Below are positions 13,301 through 24,905 of a stretch of 64,000 nt of DNA, one piece after another. The notes below the pieces were generated by a model, which was given only the letters and a program-made list of their open reading frames with translations, had not been told where the DNA came from and ran no database searches. Position 1 is the first letter of the stretch. Every line of letters begins with the position of its first letter. The DNA comes from Antedon mediterranea. Lineage: Eukaryota; Animalia; Echinodermata. The translations under genes were made by a program, and so were the position numbers. The stretch spans positions 9,897,888 through 9,961,887 of the forward strand of contig NC_092676.1 in NCBI RefSeq assembly GCF_964355755.1. Reading direction: 5' to 3'.

Positions 13301-16300
13301 CTTTTCTCATATTATTTTTCCTCCATTGATTAAATAAGGGTCCTGATAAATGTCTGGTTGATTTTAGCCTATTCACTTAGTACAGCATTGTTTAGCCCAG
13401 GGCTCCATATCCTTAATATTGATCACCACTAAAGTCGAATAGTCAACAAACAAGTAAAACTCTTTTGTATATAATATGACTGGCTATTGAAGGTATTCAT
13501 TAATATAAATACCATTACTAGCCTACATAAAATGTTAATCACAATAGTGTAATCCTAGCACACGAAAACGTCAGTAACATATCTGTAGGCCTAAATTTAG
13601 ATGACTTAACATTACATATTTTGTAAATAAGGAGTCATTTTAAGGTGGTCAATTTCACTACTTCTTACCTTAAAGAGTCATCGTAATTAACTTCAGTGAA
13701 AGTTTCACTAGATGTTTCAAATGTTCTTCCATTCTGACTTACTGTAAGATTCGTTATAACAGGTGCTGTTGATTCAGTCTTTATCGATGCACTATCTTCA
13801 ACAGTCCTTCCAAATACATCCCAAGCAGTCACCACAAAATGGAACACATCTCCACTTCGAACGTTGGTGTAGGTAAAGGTATACCTTGTGTTTAGCTGAG
13901 AGTTAACTGTTTCGCTGCTGACTATGATATCATCACGTATAACGGTCGTACTGACTTCGAACTCCACAATTCCATTCACATTGTCAATAGGTAAACGTCC
14001 TCTGGTTCCATTAACTTGATCATATTCTATAAATAATATAAATTATGCTCTATATTGAACAAAGCCAACACATTTTAAAAATCAGCAAAATATTACAGAG
14101 ATAATATCCATTATTATATATATATATATATAAACACAAGAGGCAAAGAACATTAATTCTAAACCGCCCGGTGATATATAATATGTATAAGGAAATTGAT
14201 TACAGATACTTTATGTAAAAAAGAAACATGAAGATAGATTAAAATGTCGGTAACGATTTAATCGTCAAGAAACTTCCAGGATTTCAACTTTTGTCTCAGT
14301 GTAATTATCTATCTATACACAATTTTTTAATTAACCCAAAAATTGGAAAGGCTGGAAGTGTGTTGCAATAGAGAATATATAAGAATCAGAATTTAATCCT
14401 GGAGGGTGCCATTTCAAATAAAATACCTTACCTTCGTCAACATATAGATATTCATCTATCTCATTTAGTAGCGAGTTTTCGTGCACAAATCTGCTCCAGA
14501 AGTGACCACTCCAATCTAAATCAACTGAAACATCTCCAACGCTTCTTAGCCATTCCAGAACTTCGCCATTTTCCGACACAAATCTTATCGAAGTTTCTGG
14601 TTTTACTTCTGGAGGGTTTGTGTCGTCAAATAAAATAAATCTCCTCGCCAATCTGACGTTCATAGCTTTGTCTTGTACTTCTAAAATTATTGAATACAAA
14701 CCTGTAAAAAATACAGTACAGTTAGAAACAAACCAACTGAAACCCAATACTAGAGTACAAAGAAAGCATTTACTAAAATTGCAAAATGTGTACTTCAGTG
14801 CAAGTATGCATGTGTGTATTGAATGTTATTTCATTTCCATTTTTTATTTTACTTATGAACGAAAAATAACAGGACCATCATTTCGACTTTCTATGAAGAG
14901 CTACGTGTACCATATTATTTTACCTGGGGATGGCAATTGTAGGCCTACTTCTGTTGAATCATAGTATAGTAACTTAATTTCGTATTCCCGTTGTGTTTCT
15001 TTCAATAGAGCCGTGTTTTGTTGTAGTTCTAGTCTATATACTGTTAGAGTATATTCTTCAATTCCAGCAAAATCATCGATCCAGTTTGACCACTGCGCGG
15101 AAACAGTTTTCTAAAAGAAAAAAAATCCAAACAATTGTTAACTTGTTGATTAAATTATACCGTGGATTCTGATTTCTGCATCAGTAAATATTATCATTGC
15201 CGCAATATCAACACATCAGTTATTGTTTTGTTTGTTTTTCTGCACACACAAACAAAATCACAGAATAATATAACACTAAACTTAATTTACAGTAAAAGTG
15301 CAACAGGAGTGCAAATTGGGACTAACATTAGGTTAGGTTAGGTTTGAACGAAAAAAAATTAGGAAGAGGTTGTTATGAAGTACTTAGTACATTCCATAAT
15401 TTCAGACCATTGTACACATTCTTTCAGATTCTTTTTATATTAGGAAAAAAGGCCAAAGTGTCACTGTATTCTGTAACTAAGTGATAAATAAATGCTCATT
15501 TACATCGTCAGAGGAATCAAAATAGATTAGATATATTGTGTCCTTTTTACAAATTTATTTGTTGAATATATGTCATTTTGATGTTCCATAATAGTTAGTT
15601 ACTTTGACCAAAATTGGATTTTAAACAAAGTATTTACATAAAAAAACTTTAAAACCTAAAATAGTCAATTTGACTGCCAGATAATGGGTTTGGGGTTAAT
15701 TTATTTGTCTTTTGATAAGTGAAAATGGGGTTTTTCGTGATTCTTTTCTGCGGAAGTTTTTATTAAAATTAAAATTGGCCTATTCAAAATCTGATTTTAT
15801 TAATCTTCATTTTTCAAGTTTTGGGGGGACAATACATCTTTAATGTACACATTTTAGTGAAGATGCCAAAACCAAGAAAGCAGTTTTACCATAGTTGTAA
15901 CATCCTTGCCAATATCTAACATAGTTCTCTGACAATTAAACGCAGTACAATGGTATGGTTTATCAATGTCAAACGTAAACTCAACATATTCGACTACGCT
16001 ACTACCAGCAGATGGTCGAAAATAGTCCGTCCTGTAGGTTTCACGGGTGACATCACCAGCAACGTCCAGGTTTGTAATTACACGATTGCCACCAGTTATT
16101 ATTCTTATTAAACCTCTGATACTAAAATTTTAAGAAAAAAAGAAAATGTATTACCTTTCAATGATTCCCTAAAGATACTGATTTAATTGACAAACATACT
16201 GACTTACAAGTGAGTGATGGTGCCAGCCCAACTCTCCGTTATTGGGACGACCCCTCAGGATGTAAATCTCCTTTCATGAATATAAAGGGTTTTGCCTGGA

Positions 16301-19300
16301 ACTATACACAGTATTATTTATGTGGTATCGAAATAAATCAAATCAAACAAAACATGCAGAGAGAATATGGTTACGTAATTCATATCGGTATAAACGTTGT
16401 AAACTATAATTGCTCGTTAACCGTTGATGCAGGTGGGATCAATGTATGATGTAGGCCTACTTTATTAAAGTGTATGAATGAGGTATGTTCATATATATAT
16501 ATAACTAACCTGTCACCCGTCTTAATGTTATGATCGTCTAAAGACAAATGGATTGTTTCTTCACAGTTGTGTACACGTGCTGGGTAATCTCTTGATACAG
16601 AAGAAATACAAGTAGGAAATGCGATGGGGTTGACAGAAGAGCCATCTGTAAAAGTAAAACAATAGTAATGCCATCTATACAATGTAATTACGTACTAAAA
16701 TGATTTTACCAACCACATTTGATGTGCGATACATAGCACTGTGATGGTTAGAAAGTGTATTTAAAGATGTATTTCCAAAGAAAATTTCTGTTATTTTCAG
16801 TTTTAATGATGGACAAATAAAGATACTATGACTATGACTATTGTCCCCTAAAAATGAAGATAAATAAAATCAGACTTTGAAAAGGCCTTTTTGTAGTTTA
16901 TTCGCTTTGGTAAAAAATAAAACACACAAAAAAATGTTTTAACTTATAAAAAGACAAATAAACAGTTAAATTCAACTAAAAACCCATTAGGTGGCAGCCA
17001 ATTTGACTATTTTCCCTTTAAAATACAGTTTTCCAGGTAAATACTTTTATTTTCGATCCAATTGTTGGTCAAATGAATAACTATTATGTGCCATTAAATT
17101 GGCATCTTCAACAAACATTATTGTTCTCAAGTGGACAATATAAAGCTTTAAATAATCATATTATAGTATGGTATAGTACTGGTATATTTACGTTGAAAAC
17201 TTGGTATCCGGGTTCATTGCTATGGTTGTTTTGTACTCGTTGTAGTGAGAACACTAAAAGGCATATTATACCACTATTCAATAGACATTGTTCTCTTAAG
17301 TTGTATAACTATGGGCTATACGTTCATACATTTGTGCAATTTAATAAACTGTGTCGAATGGGGAGAAATTATGCGAATATATCTCTCTTTCGTTGAGTTC
17401 ATGTCTACAATTTATTTTTTATCCGGTTTATATTCAAAATCCGGTAATTGTGCTTTGATTTTACATGCCAGATGCTTCGACACCTATCGTTTTGTAAATC
17501 TACTGAACGTATGTATGATATATTAAAACATGTAACATAATATTACTATTCCAATTTTGATACGATTTATTATGGACATAATAATGATGAGTTATTAAAC
17601 AAGAAATATTTATTACAAAAAACGCCGCTCGACATTTTAAAATTAATCATTGTTCTTTTGATTAATTTATGATTAATTACTAAAAAGATGTCCTTTAATC
17701 GCAAAGATACATACAAATCACAGATAGTTCTTTAATTATGAATCACATGCCCATTTTTTCACTAGTTAATTGTATACACAGCATTTGAAAGAAGACATGT
17801 GTACCTTTCCAACAATGTATTAATTGCCAACAAATATTAATCTACTAATTCAAAAATGGCATTTAAAAATGGTCAATTTTGAACTTTAATGTGCTGTACC
17901 CTGTTTGTCTGTGACCTCAACCTGAACTTTATGCATGCAACTGAATACCCTCTAGAGACAACGTGACTACTTAAAGTTGGCACAAGTGGAAATTCTGTTG
18001 ATTGGCGTCAACCAATCAAAGGGCAAGAATCCAAAATAGTTCAACCGTGAGCACTCATAGACTCTTTTCCCTGACGTTTTTTGGGTGCAGCAGCTGGGAC
18101 CTATAAATTATAGTGGTGGAGTTTCCATTTTCGCATTTATGTCAGTCTCTCAGTACTAAAACTGCTGCTTGCTTTATATCTGCGTCATCTCTTGTGACGT
18201 AGCGGGCTAGAGCAGCAGCGTGAAAAATATCTGTAACAAGGATGTATTGCCATTTTAATAATAGCACAACTCTTAGTCCAATATTTTTATATTCAAATAC
18301 AAATTACCTTCATAGATGGTGATCTGTGCCTCCACTGAGGCAATGCCGAAAGACCAACGAGATACATACGGAGGTAAATCCACAATGGGTCTTTCTGCTT
18401 CACTTCTCCATGAGATGGTGAAGCGGTCTGCAAAATCATTTGTGTATGTCCTGATACGTAAATTATGATTTGACGTAGAAATGTTACGTTCTCCATCTGA
18501 TAAGGTGCCAATGTAATCGTACACTTCCGGTCGTAAAGAGCTTACTGTAGATCACAAAAAAAGTTACATTCATGTTTTAAAAAACGTACATTTACAACGC
18601 TAATTATTATTTTGTAAATTTGTTGGGACCATTACTTTATTTTGAAATAGAGATATATCATTTAAAAATTTTAAATAAATTGTTTGTGAGCTTAAAACGA
18701 TGAGATTCAGTCATTGATAGTTGTATATGGAGCGACAATTATGATTGTACTTAACCGCCGATTCCTTTTTCGCATGTTTCACAATTTTAAGAGCACTAAT
18801 TTAGAAATGTGTTTAATAAAAAAGGATTATTGATTACTTTAGTTAAAACAATATAGTAGTAATAGTAGTATTTAGCATCTTACAGTAGGTCGTACTCTGC
18901 GAAATGTTAGATTCGTCTAATGGACAGGCTTTATTAGGATCTTTCTAAACTCACCTAAGCAAGTTGTATCTGTAAATCCTTCATGGCATTGACATGATTC
19001 TAGACCATTATTGCATGTTCCTGGAAAGCAAGCCCTTGAATCTCGCCAAGAGCATTGTTCTGTAAAGAACATAGTTTATCACATTTTATATAAAACAACC
19101 TTTTTGCAACAAATTACTACGTACTTTTACTGCAACCATCACAGCAGCAGAGCAGTTATAGGCCTAAGCATAATATTGTCATCATTAATTAAAGCATGAT
19201 TGTATTTAATACGTCAAAAAACACATGATGATGTTGCGGCTTGCGTACAGGCGTTGTCTCCCTAGTGACAGCGTGTTATTTAGCGAGAGAATGTTGTATA

Positions 19301-21104
19301 ATAGAATTATGTTTAAGGTTAAGATACACACAACGTCACCTGTGACATTATTCCTATAATAAAGGCAGCAGCATGTGATATTGAACAAATTATAGACACA
19401 GTTTAAGTGTCGCGAATCGGCTAACAAAATCCGAAAAGTGTGGAGTCGGTCATAAACGGTTTTTCCCTTGTCGAGCAAAATTACCATAATTTACAGTAGT
19501 GCCCGATATAAAGTTAGCTCTGTCAGCGTTTATTTCGAACTCACCAATGCAAGTCTTTCCATCTGGACTTGGTAGAAACGCTGCACCATCAGCCCCATAG
19601 TTACCTTCACATTTTAGACACACATGATCATATGCATTTGTGCAATTTGTAGCTTCACAATTATCGATTGAAGAACATTCTTAAACAGTCATAAAACATA
19701 TCGATAATAATGATAGATATACAATACTTTAAAAGTACAATATCATGATAATCTTTATTTCAGCACAAGTGCCATCCAAGAAAAGCCCACAAAATTTATT
19801 CTGAGCATCATGTTTGTTTATGGTTTCATGTGATTTTTTAAAAGTACGGCTGAGAAAAGGTCAGATTTGGGTTTAAGATCAATTTACTCAGATTAACATG
19901 AAATTCATGTTCATTCCAATGGGATTACAATAGGACATTATAGTAGGGTCTAGCAATTGTCAAGTACAATAACAGCAATTAATTAATCATTAAACATATA
20001 TATTTCTTTCGTTTAGTTTAAAAAAACCACTTCATTTAATGACATTATTTATTTTATTTCAATTTTTTATCAATCTGATCCATCCAGCCGAAGCTAATCA
20101 TTAGGGTTCCTCAGAACAATACACAAAAATAAATAAAATATTTTAGGCTTAAAATAGAAAGATTTTAAATAAAAATGTGATTTAAATTAATTGGCGATCT
20201 GAGAGTATGTTTTTTGGGAAAATATGAGTAATAAGAGTAATATGAAGTATGTCGGATATCGAAAAGAAGAGAATAGCATAGAGTTCTCAGTATGTTCTGT
20301 GGGTATGTGATAAGTCAATGATGCACATTGTATCTTTATAATATAGGAATACTATAAACAGATGTTATTCAAATGAGCTTAATATATGAACCATCATATT
20401 ACATGACGATTAAAGTTATGTCAATCATCAATATTTAATACTTCTATATCTTCAATTTTCCCATTGTTACGTCCTTTTCGTTATTTTCTAACATTTTACA
20501 CCATTCACTCCATATTTTCACATTATGATCAACGTAATTTATTCAGTAACATTTTGTAAATTCAACATATAGAATTTTTCTTTATTATACATATTACTCT
20601 TAACATTATCTTTATAAACCTGACATTACCTTGACAGATTGGAGGATGGAATCCAGTTGTACATACACACATTCCGTTGATACAAACTCCTCCGTTGGAA
20701 CACACAGCTTGTCCACATTGTTCACCGTTAATTACATACCTTTGTGTCAACATACAAATATAACAAGGATGAACAAGCTAAATTACGTTATATCTTATAA
20801 GATTCTTACAATACCAATATACTTCCATTTCATTAATTTATAGTCCCCAAGAACTGTCGACATCATATAATATGCTATTTCTCTTACCATGTACATCTCT
20901 CCATCTGTCCGCTTCGTGATTTTATTATTTCAAACTGTTTTCTTCTACCTTATAACATGACCTTACCTCTGAACTAACTTTCGGATGGAAATCTCTTTAC
21001 GCAAATGGCACAAACCTTAGGTAACATACAACTGTCAGTAGATGACTGAGTAACTGACTATTGCAAGTTATCTGGAAACGAGTCTGGCTGTACATTTCGT
21101 ACAT
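4332..21104 (-). CDS. Receptor tyrosine kinase (RET/FGFR-like kinase domain; EGF/Cys-rich plus uncharacterised ectodomain), 24 exons, ~1203 aa
   Basis: Phase-consistent GT-AG exons: 21104-21016, 20739-20630, 19679-19545, 19059-18955, 18544-18308, 16645-16510, 16121-15890, 15110-14924, 14701-14432, 14026-13669, 13229-13118, 11879-11706, 11251-11143, 10896-10769 (TM: [23 protein letters not shown]), 9305-9237, 8703-8551, 8194-8029 (GEGKFS, VAVK), 7534-7433 (HPNLVTLLG), 7098-6920, 6735-6601 ([17 protein letters not shown]), 6519-6408 ([16 protein letters not shown]), 6185-6089, 5791-5695 (CW...RPTF), 4451-4332. Total 3612 nt, divisible by 3. The first exon and 13229-13118 are the least certain. 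Confidence 0.88.
4548..4932. repeat. Degenerate (ACC/ATC)n trinucleotide microsatellite in the last RTK intron
   Basis: Continuous acc/atc/att/act triplets. Confidence 0.95.
5176..5391. repeat. Second (ACC/ATC)n microsatellite block
   Basis: Same triplet composition as 4548-4932. Confidence 0.95.
8829..8915. repeat. (GAT/AAT)n microsatellite, intronic
   Basis: gatgatgat...ataataatgatg run. Confidence 0.85.
9512..10002. repeat. 63-bp minisatellite (~7 copies) ending in 17-bp sub-repeats
   Basis: Unit actaatatgaattgcttgcgagctatagagcttcattgactctttagaagccccagacgtttt recurs at 9514, 9577, ...; followed by repeats of tttagaagcccca(c/g)acg. Confidence 0.95.
10143..10233. repeat. 45-bp tandem duplication
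   Basis: tgttaagaatgcacacgtaccagcattgtaataggtac(g/a)tctacg occurs twice in tandem. Confidence 0.9.
10314..10665. mobile_element. Imperfect palindromic element, probably a Penelope-like terminal-repeat remnant with a hammerhead-like core
   Basis: Nested inverted matches: accagtgtaaa/tttacactggt, gacttcatcag/ctgatgaagtc, ccactacgtggttttg/caaaaccacgtagtgg; minus strand 10410-10374 reads CTGATGA-AGTC...GAC-GAAA. Confidence 0.55.
15600..15835 (+). repeat. Dispersed repeat copy (inverted partner at 16840-17075)
   Basis: tttgaccaaaattggat, aaatagtcaatttgactgcca, taatgggttt, ggcctattcaaaatctgattttatt and ggggacaata all have collinear reverse-complement counterparts at 16840-17075. Confidence 0.75.
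16840..17075 (-). repeat. Dispersed repeat copy (inverted partner at 15600-15835)
   Basis: tattgtcccc...aataaaatcagactttgaaaaggcc...aaacccatta...tggcagccaatttgactattt...atccaattgttggtcaaa. Confidence 0.75.
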
Positions 21105-22375
21105 ACACGATATATCTGTCAGAAGGTTACGATGGTCAATTATATTAATATTCTTCTTCTCAAGATTCCTTGTCTAGGGATTTTTTTACACAGCACATAG
21201 GCCAGCGCCCGAAGTACATTATATATTATTTACAAAAATTAGATGCAAAATAAATTATTTTCTTTTTGTAAATGCACACAGTAATACGATAATTTTGTCG
21301 AAAACCCGCCTGTTCTTGACAGATAAATTGTTCTTCGGCACACTTACACATTCTGTTTTATTAATGATATTCAAATGTATATTCTGACAGCTTCAGAATC
21401 GGGTGTAAAAATACACGTGGCACTGTCGAATTTTACATTTGGCTTTTACGAACTGCAATGAAAGCTGTTACTGTTTATTACTATAGGTAGTTTTAACAGT
21501 CTCCCCTTTGAGTTGAGAAAATGTATAACAAATACTATTGTTCAGTTACATTTCTCTATTTTGAAGAAGTATTAATACAAAACCAGACAAAACAAATGTT
21601 ATGACAACCATTCACCCATAATGACAGCAGCAATGCGTAATGGGTCTTTGTGTGAAGTTGGCTACTTAGTTCCTAGTTCCTTATACAAATTGAATTAAAG
21701 GGAAATTTACAACTTTAAAAAAAATATATATAATCATAATTAATGCGATATTCGTAAAGTGACTCTTACATAGCTGGACCTATATGAACATAGTGACTGA
21801 ATTTGCAAACTAAATTAAGATTTATTTATAGACATAGTACTGTAATAACGAAAAATGTATTCCTACCTTGTTATAAACAACGACAATGTAAGCAGTTTTT
21901 GAAACATTCTGGGAAAATTAAAGAAAGATTAGATTTCACTTCTAGTCAACCCCAAACATTGGCATATACCTGGAAAAGAAAACTAATAGTTGTGTAACAT
22001 GATATAACCAACGTCGTCATCCTGAAGCCATTCAATAAGTACACCGTTTAAAGAATACTTATTTAAGTACGGTAGTCGGTTCGTTTCATTTCACTGGATA
22101 CATTAAAGCACACTATACACAAATATAATAACAATTACTCGACCGTGTTATTATTACTACAACAGTATTATTACTTCCCTCGTTTTATTTATCACTTTTA
22201 CCTAGCCAGTAACCATGCGGTGTACAATAGAGCTAATTTAAACTAGATTTGAATTCGTCACTTCGAAGAGTTAGTTATCCGCAGGACAAACGCAACGTCA
22301 AAGTACGTTAGAAAATGTGCATAGAACATGATTATGGCATTATGACGTAAAGAAAACAGTATGTAATTTTCACAT

Positions 22376-24120
22376 AGGCGCAATATTGGTCATATCAAAA
22401 AAACTATCAAAAACTATCAAATATAGCAACAGCTATGCAGCAGTTATAGGTAGCAGCTATATATAGCAGTTGATATATACATTGGCAGCATTTGATACTA
22501 CATTTACCTATTTTGATACATACATTTCCAGCATTTGATAGTTGCTATATTTGATATTAATTATGCTTTATAGCTGCTATTTTGATTGTTGCAATATTTG
22601 ATATCAATTTCTCTTCATAGCAGTCTGCTATAGCAGCAATATCTGATAGTTGCTATATTTGATATTAATTGCTTTTATAGTTGTTATATTTGATAGTTGC
22701 TATATTGGATATTAATATTAATTATGCTTTATAACAGTCTGTATTTAGACCAATATAGCAGCTATATTTGATAGTTGCTATATTTGATATTTATTTCGCT
22801 TCATAGCAGTTATAGCAGCTATATTTGATAGTTGCTATATTTGATATTTATTTCGCTTCATAGCAGTCTGCTATAGCAGCAATATGCTTTATAGCAGTCT
22901 GTATTTAGACCAATATAGCTGCTATATTTGATAGTTGCTATATTTGATATTAATTATGCTTTATAGCTGCTATATTTGATAGTTGCTATATTTGATATTA
23001 ATTATGCTTTATAGCTGCTATATTTGATAGTTGCTATATTTGATATTAATTTTCCTTCATAGCAGTCTGTATTTAGACAGGTGTAGCTGCTACATTTTGA
23101 TAGTTGCTATATCAAATATAGCTGCTATAGCAGTCTACAAATACAGACTTTGGTTCAGGTATTGCTATCTATCTTTTATACAAAGCAAAATTAATATCAA
23201 ATACATCAACTATCAAATCAATTTTAAGTAAAGAGGCCCTATCAAAATAGGAAACATATTTAAAGAAAATTTAAAAACTTCCAACAATACAATAAACAAG
23301 TAAAGAAAATACTCAGCATAACACAAAAAAGCAAAAGAAGCAACCACATAGCTTGGCAAATTCACAACATATCAAAAAAGTCTCTATATCTAAACCACTA
23401 GTATATCATGATTGAAAATGTTCATCTGGTTTGTAGGTATAAGTATATTGAAATTATTCTTTTTTCTAAACCAATAATTAGTAAAAACTTACCTTGACAG
23501 TTTCGCTGTCCTGATCGGACAGCTTCTTCAGAAATAATGACGATCTATCATCAAACAGACTGACCTCTAGAGGGCCTATTCTGTTTAATGACAGGGTCAT
23601 ACACGTGACTGAGTTGGTGGGTGTTGTTGTTGTTTTGGCACAAGGTTAAAAGAACAAAGAAAAGAAACAGAAAAGATAACCCAACAGAGAAAGAACTTCA
23701 CTCGTCAATCACATAGAAAATAAAAAAATGAACTGAGTAAATCAGCTATAGCAGATCATGCCGTCAAGTTAAATCACATAATAGACTGGACACAACCTAA
23801 AATCATCGACAGAGAACCAGATACAAACAACCGACGCATCAGAGAAGCCATCTGGATCCGCAGACGAGGAAACCAAATCATCAACAGAGACGAGGGCACC
23901 CACCAACTCAGTCACGTGTATGACCCTGTCATTAAACAGAATAGGCCCTCTAGAGGTCAGTCTGTTTGATGATAGATCGTCATTATTTCTGAAGAATCTG
24001 TCCGATCAGGACAGCGAAACTGTCAAGGTTAGTTTTTACTAATTATTGGTTTGGAAAAAACAATAATTTCAATACACTAGTATATCAGTCTCAATCATTG
24101 ATATGACCAATATTGCGCCT
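22376..24120. mobile_element. Non-autonomous TIR/foldback-like element with internal tandem repeats, carrying a nested Penelope fragment
   Basis: Perfect 23-bp inverted repeat aggcgcaatattggtcatatcaa (22376-22398) / ttgatatgaccaatattgcgcct (24098-24120); interior 22400-23230 is built from gctatatttgata(g/t) modules in both orientations. Confidence 0.7.
23396..24087 (+). mobile_element. 5'-truncated Penelope-like element: GIY-YIG endonuclease C-terminal fragment with inverted terminal repeat and 13-bp flanking direct repeat
   Basis: + strand ~23640-23970 translates to SKSAIADHAVKLNHIIDWTQPKIIDRE...RRIREAIWIRRRGNQIINRDEG (upstream in-frame stop); ~180-bp inverted repeat 23443-23623 vs 23897-24077; cactagtatatca at 23396-23408 and 24075-24087. 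Confidence 0.85.
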
Positions 24121-24157
24121 TCCTCGTAATTTTGACATGTACAAAGTTAAACTGTCA

Positions 24158-24862
24158 TGTTAACTTTGAAATGTATAATGTCGCCCTCTATTTCATGTTT
24201 GGTGAGCAAGAGGTGACTTTTCTCCTAGTAAGGTCAGATTGCCATAGTAACGGGCAGACTTGCTCAGAGTTGTGCTTTGGGATAGTTCATAGCCTAGATA
24301 AATACACTGATAGTTAAAAATATGTACTGTAATCTATAGGTTCTGGTGAAGAAACAGATGTAAGTTTATGATGCTTTATATTTAGATAATATAATCTTTT
24401 GTATCATTTAACTGTAGCCTACTAGATAATTACAAATTACTGACTCAATTATACTATAATCTAGGCCTAGGCCTACTGTTAAATTGAAGTACTAATGGTA
24501 ATACAGTTATGATGAATCGATCATTTTCTATAAATCTAGTTTAATATGATTGTTGAGCTATTTAGCTTAGATGTTCCAATTGTTATACCAATTGATTATT
24601 TAATTACAATGACGGCTTTAATTATCCATTAATTTACAGTTTAAACCGTTCAATCTATCGTTCGTTCCACTGCTGTGTGTTCGTTCAACATCTATCCATT
24701 GTGTGCTCAACCAATTGTTCGACCATTCAACCAATCGTTTTACCAATTTGTCAAATCGTTCGTTTCATTGCCGTGTTGAATAAACATTATTTATATCTAT
24801 ACCTTTGTGAACGCGTTTAATTCGTTTTGACTCCCAGAACCGCACGTGACGTCAAGGTTACA
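24158..24862 (+). repeat. 5' LTR
   Basis: tgttaactttg...ggttaca; I see two substitutions relative to the 3' LTR. Confidence 0.97.
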
Positions 24863-24905
24863 TAAGTTTAAAATCTATCTTCTACTGCAATAATCTATCT
24901 CTAAG

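Noticed and set aside
17900-18230. Possible extra RTK exon after the AG at ~18231
   Set aside because: The required frame hits TGA after ~29 codons, and exons 18308 and 16645 join in phase without it.
20160-20400. Possible ancient LINE C-terminal fragment
   Set aside because: Only a faint YSYFP-like resemblance with many stops; not supportable without a search.
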